A stretch of 64,000 nucleotides of DNA from Gammaproteobacteria bacterium (GTDB taxonomy: Bacteria; Pseudomonadota; Gammaproteobacteria; JADZEE01), in assembly GCA_965225625.1 (NCBI GenBank), contig CBDDBH010000002.1, positions 7,156 through 71,155 on the forward strand. Direction: 5' to 3'. Shown piece after piece: positions 1 to 8,641 of this stretch. Within the stretch, counting starts at the first letter, position 1. Each line of letters starts with the position of its first letter. A program made the translations under genes and the position numbers. A model generated the notes under the pieces. That model searched no databases. It was not told where the DNA came from and worked only from the letters and a program-made list of their open reading frames with translations.

Positions 1-918
1 ATGACGACCCTCATCGCGACGTCGGTGATCAGGGGTAGCCACCAAGGCGAAAGCCACGGCGGTGTGTATTTGATCGATCTGGACAAAAAGTTGGTCGTGC
101 AGCCGCTCGACTGGAATACCACCGATATTGATTGGCAAGGACGCGGCTGGGATCGCGGACTGCGGGGTATCGCATTCGATCGGGATCGGGTTTATATCGC
201 TGCCAGCGATGAGTTATTCGTCTATACGCCGGATTTCGAGAAGATCAGCTCGCACCGCAATCCCTTCTTGAAACATTGCCACGAAATATTTTGTTACCAG
301 CGGCGTTTGTTCCTCACCTCAACCGGATTTGATTCCGTTCTGGGGTTTGATCTGGACAACGATGTATTTGCATGGGGTCTACATTTAACTAAGACAGGCG
401 AGAGTGTTCGCGGCGCTCCGTTCGATCCCGTCGGACTGGACGGACCACCGCCCAGTAACGATCTGCATCTGAACAATATTCACTGTACCGACACCGGCAT
501 GTATATCAGTGGTCTTAGAACCGGCGGGCTGCTGGCATTCGACGGCCGGCGGATCACGCAGCGCACGACGCTGCCGCAGGGCGTGCACAATGCGCGCCCT
601 TACCGCGATGGCGTATTATTCAACGACACACAGGCAGACGTGGTGCGTTTTGCCTCACCCAACGCCGAGCAGTCCTTCGCGATACCGCGTTATCCGCCAG
701 ACAAATTGACCCATGCCGAACTGGACGACTCGCGGATCGCGCGGCAGGCTTTTGGACGTGGACTCTGCACGGTGGACGAAAACGTCATTGCCTCAGGTTC
801 ATCGCCGTCGACAATCACCTTGCATGATTTGGCTAATAATAAATCGACCACGCAGGTCACACTTACATTCGATATCCGCAACGCGATCCATAGCCTCGAG
901 GTCTGGCCGTATTCGTAG
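1..918 (+). CDS. Conserved hypothetical protein, possibly beta-propeller
   Basis: 305-aa ORF with repeated short beta-strand-like segments (GRGLC, RGLRGIAF, HCHEI, HLNNI); starts at base 1, so the 5' end cannot be verified. Confidence 0.6.
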   Translation: MTTLIATSVIRGSHQGESHGGVYLIDLDKKLVVQPLDWNTTDIDWQGRGWDRGLRGIAFDRDRVYIAASDELFVYTPDFEKISSHRNPFLKHCHEIFCYQRRLFLTSTGFDSVLGFDLDNDVFAWGLHLTKTGESVRGAPFDPVGLDGPPPSNDLHLNNIHCTDTGMYISGLRTGGLLAFDGRRITQRTTLPQGVHNARPYRDGVLFNDTQADVVRFASPNAEQSFAIPRYPPDKLTHAELDDSRIARQAFGRGLCTVDENVIASGSSPSTITLHDLANNKSTTQVTLTFDIRNAIHSLEVWPYS

Positions 919-955
919 CGCCGGGAATAACAAACTGCTGCAGCAGCAGTAATTC

Positions 956-2956
956 TTACAACCGATATTTGGCGTAGCGCGGAAGGATCGGTTCCAATAC
1001 TTCCAACAACTCTTCGAGATGCGGTTCATAGTTCTTGGCAAAATTCACTGCGCTGTTGTAGATAGGCTGGCGCACTTGTTCCGAACTAGCAGTACGCACG
1101 GGTCGCTGCGTTTCGTGAAAGCGAGTGCACTGCTCTTCAAACGGAAGCTCGCAGTATTCGAGCAATCGGCGCACTTCGCTGTCGAGGTTAGCGACAACGT
1201 CTTCGTACTGAACGGTGAGCACCCAGCCGGGCAGTACTTCGTGCCAATGATCCATAATGCGTTGATACTGCAAGTAGTATTCACCAATGTCGGTGAGGTC
1301 ATAGGTGAAGCTCTGTCCTCGCGCAAACAATTGCCGATAGCAACTCAAACAACCGTCCAGCGGATGACGGCGTGCGTCGATAATCTTGGCGTTAGGCAGG
1401 ATCAGGTGCGCAAAGCCAATCGTGGGAAAGTTATTCGGCATCTTGTCAATAAAGCGTGGCTTGCCTTCAACCCGATGCATCTGCGCAGCTTGCAGGTAGT
1501 CCGCGCCTAGCGACTTGAAGTGCTCCTCCCCGAGTTCACGCACGGCTTCCGGGTAGTTGATGCCGTCGGCGCGATTTCTGCTGAGTGAGGTTGCCACGCG
1601 GCCGAGATAATGTAGCTCGGAGGTGCCCTCGACCTGACTATGGCTGGCGAGGATTTGCTCGAGCAAGGTAGATCCCGAACGTGGCAGGCCGAGTATAAAA
1701 ATGGGAGCGTTATCCGAATTGCCCAGGCCATCGTTTGCCCGCAAGAACTCACTGGTGAAAACCTCAATGAGAGCATCGTGGATCACCTCGGTTTGCACCG
1801 GGTCATAGTGCTCCAGCATGCGCTGCTGCGAATTGCCTCGCTCATAGTATTGCCAGGCAGTTTCAAAATCTTTGCGATCCTCGTAGGCCTTCGCGAGCGA
1901 AAAGAGCAAGTTGACCTCGGATTGCTCGCCAATATCGTCCGTCTCAAGCGCTGCCAGCATTGCTGTAACATCGTCGTCGCTCAGCGTATACAGTTTGAGA
2001 TTAGCGAGACTCCAATATGTCTCCCCACTGTTCGGCTTGAACGCGATGCAGCGGCGATAGGCTTCGACTGCCTCCTCTTGACGCCCGACTGTTTTCAATA
2101 CGTGGCCAAGTCCAAGCCATGCTCCGGCATGGCGCGGCCGCAATGCCACGGTGCGCCGGTACGCATCGACAGCCTCGTAGGTCCGGGCTGCCGGAGCCAA
2201 CGCTGCGGCGAGCAGGAAGTGTGCCTGCGGTCGTTCAGGATCGATGCTGACTGCTTTTTGAAAGCAGTCGATGGCTTGCTCCAATTCATGCTGCTCCTGT
2301 AGCAGTTTTCCCAGGTCGATTACGGCGTCGATGAAATCCGGTGCAAGCGATATAACGCGTCGCAGCAGGTTTGCTGCTTTGTCCGGATGGCCTGCCTGGG
2401 TCGCAATAACCGACAGTAAGCGTAACGCATCAACATTATTGGGGGCATTGCCCAACACCTGTCGGCACAGGCGTTCAGCTTGTTCCGGTCGCTTCTGCTT
2501 AAGGTGCTCAACAGCCAGGGCAAGTGACTTGCGGTCTGGATTAAATTGAAACGATTTCTCGAACGCCGCGTCTGCTTCCTTGCCCCTGCCAAGTGCAGCC
2601 AACGCTTTGCCGAGGTTGAAATGCGCTGACTCCAATTGCGGATCCAAACGTGTGGCTGTCTGCAGCACGTTGACGGCCTCCTTAGCGCGCCCGTCCAGTA
2701 CCAGCAGATGACCCAGGTCCTCATACGGTTTAGCGAAACTCGGCGCAAGTTTGATCGCCAGGCGCAGTTGTTGTTCCGCTTTCTTATAGCGCCTGAGTTT
2801 CATCAGGATGGCACCTAGCAGTGCCACCATGTTCACATCCTTTGAATTTTGCTGAAGTGCCTGCTGGCAAATCGAAACGGCTTTTTCCGGATCACCTGAG
2901 TTGAGCAGTTCAATGGCTTCATCGAACGTTGCTCTGGGTGCAAATGATTGAGCCAT
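956..2956 (-). CDS. TPR-repeat sulfotransferase family protein
   Basis: N-terminal TPR-like helical repeats; PAPS-binding loop GLPRSGSTLLEQIL; FIDKMPNNF; C-terminal VRTASSEQVRQPIY. Confidence 0.9.
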   Translation of the reverse strand: MAQSFAPRATFDEAIELLNSGDPEKAVSICQQALQQNSKDVNMVALLGAILMKLRRYKKAEQQLRLAIKLAPSFAKPYEDLGHLLVLDGRAKEAVNVLQTATRLDPQLESAHFNLGKALAALGRGKEADAAFEKSFQFNPDRKSLALAVEHLKQKRPEQAERLCRQVLGNAPNNVDALRLLSVIATQAGHPDKAANLLRRVISLAPDFIDAVIDLGKLLQEQHELEQAIDCFQKAVSIDPERPQAHFLLAAALAPAARTYEAVDAYRRTVALRPRHAGAWLGLGHVLKTVGRQEEAVEAYRRCIAFKPNSGETYWSLANLKLYTLSDDDVTAMLAALETDDIGEQSEVNLLFSLAKAYEDRKDFETAWQYYERGNSQQRMLEHYDPVQTEVIHDALIEVFTSEFLRANDGLGNSDNAPIFILGLPRSGSTLLEQILASHSQVEGTSELHYLGRVATSLSRNRADGINYPEAVRELGEEHFKSLGADYLQAAQMHRVEGKPRFIDKMPNNFPTIGFAHLILPNAKIIDARRHPLDGCLSCYRQLFARGQSFTYDLTDIGEYYLQYQRIMDHWHEVLPGWVLTVQYEDVVANLDSEVRRLLEYCELPFEEQCTRFHETQRPVRTASSEQVRQPIYNSAVNFAKNYEPHLEELLEVLEPILPRYAKYRL

Positions 2957-3030
2957 AATTTTAAAAAGTCGGGATTCGCAAATGTAAATCCGTGTCGGAC
3001 TATATTACGGCAAAACCCGATGTTCATTAC

Positions 3031-4227
3031 CTAAGCGGAATCGGCAGCCGCGGGATCGAGCGCCCGTAAACGCGCATGCACGTAACAATAGGCAAGAAAC
3101 GCGAACAGCGTACTGGCGGCACCGAGATACATGATGATTGCATAACCGAAACCCTTGCCGAGCAGCAAGCCTGCGGCACTCGGCGCGATCGTCATGGCAA
3201 GTCCCTGCGCTGCAGGCGTCAGTGCGCAGTAGCGGCCGGTGTGATCGAGCTTGGCCAAGGTGCCGAGCTGGTATATGTCGATAAAATTCCAGAACAAGAA
3301 CACCACACCGGTGCTGATAAAATACATAACCGGACTGACATTAGTTCCGAACAGCGCCATCGTCACGGCGACGATCCCCAGCGACCAGATCAGCGGCCGG
3401 GACAGACCCGCCCGTTGGCTCAACCAATACGCAACCCCGCAGCCGGTTAGGCTCAAGATAGTGCAGTAAGCCAGAAATTCGCCGACGAATGCGGTTGTGA
3501 AGCCGAGATGGACGCCGATACGTTCGAGATAGGACCAGTACGCGCCCACCATGAAATAAAACCCGAACACCGCACTGAGTCCGATCCACGCAAGCACAGC
3601 AGGCAACACAATCGGCTGCGCCGCGCTCTGGGCATCGTTCGCCACAGCATCCGCATCGAAGAATGGTGGCAACAGATGGACCAGGCCCAGGCCACAGGCG
3701 ACGATACCGGCCAGTGTCAGGAACAATCCATTTGGACCCCATTGCAACGCAATATACGGGAATGAATACAACATCAGCGCGTTAACGACGGCGATGCAGA
3801 AAATGAGATAAGTAAAGTTGCGCGCCGTTTGCGTGGAACCGGCGACAATAGCCACGACAACGGCGTAGACCGCACCACCGCCTGCCCCGGCTAAGAAGCG
3901 CAGCACCATAAGCGTGCTGATCGCATGTGGTAGACAGGACATCAGGTTAGCCACGATCGCCAGGACTAGTCCGAGCGCAACGGTATGACGTCTGTTGTAG
4001 TGCGCAACTGCAAACGAGGCGACGACAGAAGCCACGAACAGACCGCCGAGATCGGCTGATGCGAGGTATCCCACCTGCTCTACCGTATACCCGGCCTGGT
4101 CGACCAGAGTCCCAACCAGGATCGGCATACCCAGGAAATCGACGTAACCCAGAATCGACAGCGCCACGCACGCCGCAATGCTTGCAGGATAATCAGGACC
4201 GATCTTCGCGATGGCTTGTGCCGTCAT
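3031..4227 (-). CDS. MFS transporter
   Basis: 398 aa with about 12 hydrophobic segments; LRFLAGAGGG motif. Confidence 0.85.
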   Translation of the reverse strand: MTAQAIAKIGPDYPASIAACVALSILGYVDFLGMPILVGTLVDQAGYTVEQVGYLASADLGGLFVASVVASFAVAHYNRRHTVALGLVLAIVANLMSCLPHAISTLMVLRFLAGAGGGAVYAVVVAIVAGSTQTARNFTYLIFCIAVVNALMLYSFPYIALQWGPNGLFLTLAGIVACGLGLVHLLPPFFDADAVANDAQSAAQPIVLPAVLAWIGLSAVFGFYFMVGAYWSYLERIGVHLGFTTAFVGEFLAYCTILSLTGCGVAYWLSQRAGLSRPLIWSLGIVAVTMALFGTNVSPVMYFISTGVVFLFWNFIDIYQLGTLAKLDHTGRYCALTPAAQGLAMTIAPSAAGLLLGKGFGYAIIMYLGAASTLFAFLAYCYVHARLRALDPAAADSA

Positions 4228-4291
4228 CGTATGCTCCCGTTCGGATGCTATTATCGACTGCGACGGCGCCGACTCCTAGGCACAGAATCCA

Positions 4292-4699
4292 ATGAACATC
4301 TCGGGAAGTTGTTTGTGCGGCAAAGTAACCTACGAAGTCGCTGGCCCGCTAGGCGATGTCGCCAATTGCCACTGTTCCATGTGCCGTAAAGCACATGGCG
4401 CTGCATTCGGAACTTACGCAAACGTGAATTCCGAGGACTTCCGGTGGACCTCTGGCGAAGAATGCGTTTGTGAATACGCCGCGAGTTTGCAAGGTCGCCG
4501 ATGCTTCTGCAGAAACTGCGGATCACTCGTAGCGGCGCGCTATGCTGGTAAGATTTTTCAGATAACGCTAGGTACCGTGGACGGTGATCCGTGCGTCAGG
4601 CCGGGAATGCATATTTTTGTTGGGTCTAAAGCGGCGTGGTATGAACTCACCGATAACATATCCGCGTTTGAAGACTGGGCCCCTGAGATGCAACCGTAA
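4292..4699 (+). CDS. GFA/CENP-V family Zn-binding protein
   Basis: GSCLCG...CHCSMCRKAHG...FCRNCGS pattern. Confidence 0.9.
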   Translation: MNISGSCLCGKVTYEVAGPLGDVANCHCSMCRKAHGAAFGTYANVNSEDFRWTSGEECVCEYAASLQGRRCFCRNCGSLVAARYAGKIFQITLGTVDGDPCVRPGMHIFVGSKAAWYELTDNISAFEDWAPEMQP

Positions 4700-4704
4700 C
4701 TTAT

Positions 4705-4721
4705 TTACCTCTCATCCGACC
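4705..4721. repeat. Half copy of the TTACCCCTCATCCGACC repeat family
   Basis: ttacctctcatccgacc between two convergent stop codons; one mismatch to the left arm of the 46987 palindrome. Confidence 0.6.
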
Positions 4722-4723
4722 AA

Positions 4724-6202
4724 CTACGCCACGGCAGTTTTCCCCGGCGCCTCCGGCACATCGTAGCTCGACATCAGTTCGTCCACGTACCCATCGAACA
4801 TCGCCCAAGGTGCTTCGCGAAAACTGTGGTTGCGTATGATGAATGACGCACCGGCGTAAAACTTCTCATACTGTTGATGGCGGCCGGCGAACTCGCTGCC
4901 GACAATATCCCACACCAGTTTAAACAGCTTGATACGCTCCAACGCCGGTAACTGTGGCGTTTGCCAGTATTGTTCGAACTTCTCGCGCAAGGCGTCGTCG
5001 TGCATGACGCTGACGCTCGCGGGCATTTGAAACACGCCGCCGCCGGACAGTTCGCGTAAGGTATCAATAAGTTCAGAGTGCGTTTGCGTACACCAATGCA
5101 GGGCCGCATACATCATGCGGCGGTTGAAGGTCTTGAAACCCTGCGGCCAGTCCTCGGCGGCTTCGATCTGACCGCAAACCATACCGGCAAGCCCAGCTTC
5201 CAACGCCGCTAGCTTTCCCAGTGTTTCTCTAACCGCGGGAACTTTGTCGGCGCCGGTCGACTTCACAACCTTGCTCGCCAAACCGATGATCAACTTGAGC
5301 TTCGACAGGAAACGGACGTTGGATTGATGATTGCCGTAGCAATGCGATGGTGTCTGGATATAAATGTTACGGGACAAATCAGGATCGTCCATTACAAACA
5401 CCCGTTCCCACGGCACTTTGACGTTATCGCACATGACCATGCTGTCGGTCTCGTCGAAACGCCAACTCAGCGGACTATCGAATTCGTTGGCAGCGTTCAG
5501 TTCCAACGGTTGCCGCGACCACAACGTGAGTCCCGGGGTATTGACGGGTACCGCACAGGTCACCGCCTGCTTGGTCTGGCTGGATGCGAGCGGAATCAGA
5601 TTACCTATCCAGATCTCATTGGCGAGCACGCCGCCGGTTGCGAGCATTTTCATGCCGGAGACAACGATACCGTCGTCCTCTTCGTTCACCACCTGCAGAG
5701 ATGGAATAGGCAGATTCTGGCGTTCGTAATACTCGGGGTCACGCGCCGCCTGCGGCGGCAGAACGGCATACACCGGATAGACATCGTTCTTTTTCAAATG
5801 CGCGTAGTAGCTCAGCAGGTTGTCACTGAAATTCCGGTTGTCCGTGTTTAGTATTTCAGGCGCCATCGCCATGCCGGTGACGAAGCTTGCAACATGGTCA
5901 GGCGAGCGACCAAACATGCCGTAACTTACGTCGGCTATAACCTGATGAACCCGCATGCGTTTGCGCAGATCCTCGCGCGAACGCGCCTGCAGAAAGTACG
6001 CTGAATAGCGCTCGCCATCTTCCTCGAAGGTCAAGTCGTCACGGTGTTCAGGTGCTGCTTTTACGTCATACATGGAAGCGACGGTACGCGCCGCTTTCGC
6101 AAAGGCCGGATGCGTGGTTACGTCGTCGACCTTCTCATTACCGATATAAACAACCCGGCCGTCGCGCAATTGTTCCAAATGTTCACTGCCTGTTTTCAAC
6201 AT
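4724..6202 (-). CDS. 4-hydroxyphenylacetate 3-hydroxylase (HpaB/TftD/PvcC) family flavin-dependent monooxygenase, oxygenase component
   Basis: LRDGRVVYIGNEKVDDVTTHPAF, GRSPDHV, RFDETDS, GSEFAGRHQQYEKFYAG motifs; 492 aa. Confidence 0.9.
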   Translation of the reverse strand: MLKTGSEHLEQLRDGRVVYIGNEKVDDVTTHPAFAKAARTVASMYDVKAAPEHRDDLTFEEDGERYSAYFLQARSREDLRKRMRVHQVIADVSYGMFGRSPDHVASFVTGMAMAPEILNTDNRNFSDNLLSYYAHLKKNDVYPVYAVLPPQAARDPEYYERQNLPIPSLQVVNEEDDGIVVSGMKMLATGGVLANEIWIGNLIPLASSQTKQAVTCAVPVNTPGLTLWSRQPLELNAANEFDSPLSWRFDETDSMVMCDNVKVPWERVFVMDDPDLSRNIYIQTPSHCYGNHQSNVRFLSKLKLIIGLASKVVKSTGADKVPAVRETLGKLAALEAGLAGMVCGQIEAAEDWPQGFKTFNRRMMYAALHWCTQTHSELIDTLRELSGGGVFQMPASVSVMHDDALREKFEQYWQTPQLPALERIKLFKLVWDIVGSEFAGRHQQYEKFYAGASFIIRNHSFREAPWAMFDGYVDELMSSYDVPEAPGKTAVA

Positions 6203-6217
6203 GCCTATGACTCCCGC

Positions 6218-6787
6218 TTAATTTGCTTCCTGCTCACGTTGATGTTCATGGAGCGAAATCTCGAGTTTCGCGCGCGCCGTCGAGCCGATAAAGCGCTCAA
6301 GCAGACGGGCCAGCAGCGTGAACTCTTCCCGCGTGAATTCGTCGAACAAAATATTGTTGATGCGCTGTCTAAACGGCGCCAGCTTCTCCAGCGCCGCCAT
6401 CCCTGCGCGCGTTAGCGTCACCAATACGCCACGGGCGTCAGCTGGGTTCGGCTGCTTAATCAACAAACCCTTGTCAATTAATTTGTTCGCTTCAACCGTC
6501 ACGTGCGATGAGGCGACGTGCAGGTACTGCGCCAATGTTTTGATCCCCACACCGCCAGCCTCCTGGTAGTGAGCTGTGGCGATCAGGATGAAGTACTGCG
6601 GTCCAGTGGTACCGATTTCCCGCCCAAATGCTTCACGCACCTCTTGAAAGCGCGTCGCGGTGACAAACAGCTCGTAAATTACTTCGCGGAAACGATCATC
6701 GCGTTTGTTACTAAGCAACTGAGAGCGTGTGACACTCAGTGGCGGTCGGTAGTCTACGTGTGCTTTTCTGCCGGCGCTTGTAACCAT
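6218..6787 (-). CDS. MarR family transcriptional regulator
   Basis: wHTH with LIDKGLLIKQPNPADARGVLVTLT; divergent from 6924. Confidence 0.85.
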   Translation of the reverse strand: MVTSAGRKAHVDYRPPLSVTRSQLLSNKRDDRFREVIYELFVTATRFQEVREAFGREIGTTGPQYFILIATAHYQEAGGVGIKTLAQYLHVASSHVTVEANKLIDKGLLIKQPNPADARGVLVTLTRAGMAALEKLAPFRQRINNILFDEFTREEFTLLARLLERFIGSTARAKLEISLHEHQREQEAN

Positions 6788-6803
6788 AGTTGAGATATTT
6801 AGT

Positions 6804-6836
6804 TATGTAACATACATATTTAACCTATACATATAT
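6804..6836. promoter_or_regulatory. Candidate MarR operator/divergent promoter
   Basis: AT-rich tract with the pseudo-palindrome TATGT-A-ACATA and repeated ATACATAT between divergent genes. Confidence 0.35.
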
Positions 6837-6923
6837 ACTTGTCAATCATCGGCTGCCAACGTCGACGCGGTGCGACAGAACAGGTAGCATTTAGCAATCA
6901 GCTGCCAAGTTCAGGAGTAGGTC

Positions 6924-7556
6924 ATGCCCGATTTTCCCGTCGTTCGCGAAAAGATTGCGTTGCTCAACGTTGATATGCAGAACTGTTTCGTCGAAAACTC
7001 GCCGGTAGCCGCACCCGGTGGTCTCGAGGTGCTTGAGAAGATCAACAAATTGATCGGCGCGTGTCGTGAAGCTGGCATACAAATCATTCACGCCGAGCAT
7101 GTACTCAGGCCAGACGGCAGCAACATGGGCGTGCTGGGCGAAGTCGTACCGGTGACACGTGAGGGTTTGATAAATAAAGACAGAGATACCGCACAACTGC
7201 ATCCGGATCTGGCCGTCGCCGATGACGATATTATCCTCGATAAACCGCGTTTCGGTGCGTTTCATGGAACTGATCTCGAACTCATTCTGCGCAACAAAGG
7301 CATCGATACCATCATCGTGACCGGCATTGCCACCAACGTCTGCTGCGACACGACGGCGCGTCAGGCGAATATGGCCGATTTCCGTGTGTTTTTCCTGAGC
7401 GACGGTAATGCGACATTCCCAATCGGGGACGTTACAGCCGAAGAGATCCAGCGGGTGACGTGTGCAACCATGGGTGCATTGTTTGGTCAGGTGATCACTG
7501 TCGATGAAATGATCGACAAGATCCGCTCGGCAAGCGCGACCTCCAACGCAGCGTAG
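6924..7556 (+). CDS. Isochorismatase/cysteine hydrolase family amidohydrolase
   Basis: VDMQNCF, KPRFGAFHGTDL, GIATNVCCDTTAR catalytic Asp-Lys-Cys pattern. Confidence 0.9.
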   Translation: MPDFPVVREKIALLNVDMQNCFVENSPVAAPGGLEVLEKINKLIGACREAGIQIIHAEHVLRPDGSNMGVLGEVVPVTREGLINKDRDTAQLHPDLAVADDDIILDKPRFGAFHGTDLELILRNKGIDTIIVTGIATNVCCDTTARQANMADFRVFFLSDGNATFPIGDVTAEEIQRVTCATMGALFGQVITVDEMIDKIRSASATSNAA

Positions 7557-7578
7557 TTAATCCGCGTAGCTACAGCGG

Positions 7579-8340
7579 CTAGCCCGCGAGGAGCTTCCCG
7601 AATCCCGGGATCGCGTCACCGGCACCTACGCTCTGCAGGCTATGCCAAGCCACTGACGAGTTACTGGTAATGACCGGCTTGCCGAGTTCTGCCTCTAGCG
7701 GTTCGATCACATCGGTCGCGCGAATAGCAGCGCAACTGATGAAATAGGCATCGCCATCCTCGCGCCTGTTCGCGACGACGTAGCGCCGCCAATCTTCTGG
7801 TGACGGATCAAACATGCCGACACCACTGTTTATGCCCATCCCCGATTCATGCACTACCCGAAACCCAGCCCTTTCGAGGAATTCAACCTCACGCTGATTG
7901 ATGTGTGGCGGATACGGCGTCAGTAGCACGACACTGCTAGCGCCCAGCATCTTTAGCGCCGCGACGACCGCTTTGGAGGTGGTGGTCGCAGGCAGTCCGG
8001 TCGCCGCGCGGATCCGCTCGACAATTTCGTCGTCGGCCCCCTCATAGTATGTAGTTGCCGCAGTGCAATGAAACACAATCAAATCCACATTGGCTTGCGC
8101 CAATAGTGCTGCCCCCTCCTCTGCCCGATCAGCCATGCCGAGCACATCCGCCTCGTCGGAGCTGAGCAATTCAAGGCGGGTCGTGTGGAAGGTCACCCCT
8201 GGTGGGGCGATAGCATGGAACTGCGGTTCACTTGTCGTGTTCGTTGACGGGAGCAAAATGCCGATCTTTGCGCGGGTGCCGTATTGAATGGTCATTTGTG
8301 AGTTTGGATCCTTTTGGCGGGGAATCTCCACACTTTTCAT
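7579..8340 (-). CDS. Maleate cis-trans isomerase/Asp-Glu racemase family protein
   Basis: KIGILLPSTN, FHCTAAT, LLTPYP, ISCAAIR (two catalytic Cys), VITSNS; the start may instead be ATG at 8295. Confidence 0.85.
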   Translation of the reverse strand: MKSVEIPRQKDPNSQMTIQYGTRAKIGILLPSTNTTSEPQFHAIAPPGVTFHTTRLELLSSDEADVLGMADRAEEGAALLAQANVDLIVFHCTAATTYYEGADDEIVERIRAATGLPATTTSKAVVAALKMLGASSVVLLTPYPPHINQREVEFLERAGFRVVHESGMGINSGVGMFDPSPEDWRRYVVANRREDGDAYFISCAAIRATDVIEPLEAELGKPVITSNSSVAWHSLQSVGAGDAIPGFGKLLAG

Positions 8341-8356
8341 GGCGGAGCACCTATTT

Positions 8357-8592
8357 TATTACCCCTCATCCTGACCTGTTCTAGAACTCGGCTACGCCTC
8401 GTTAAGAACCCCCGGCCCTTGCGGGAGAGGGGTTGGCAGGTAATTGCTCCTCGACTTTGGCCTCCTGCGTCGTTCTACCTCGTCCATCCGTGGACTCGTC
8501 GGCTCTGGCTCCTGATTCGCTCTACCTCGTCCATCCCTGGACTCGTGCATTACCTGCATTTCCGCCATCCCTGGCGGTCGGGTGAGGGGTTT
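8357..8592. repeat. Composite cluster of REP-like hairpin repeats
   Basis: 26-bp near-identical direct repeats at 8474-8499 and 8521-8546; cccctcatcc...gggagagggg element; gccatccctggcggtcgggtgagggg arm matching the 46987 and 59237 palindromes. Confidence 0.75.
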
Positions 8593-8641
8593 TGAAATTC
8601 AGTAATCCCTCCGTAGTTTTACCGCGGATCTTTGCTTTACG

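Noticed and set aside
8474-8546. Two 26-bp direct repeats as a mini CRISPR array
   Set aside because: Only two units, a 21-bp spacer, no cas genes or leader; the core is shared with the REP-like palindromes
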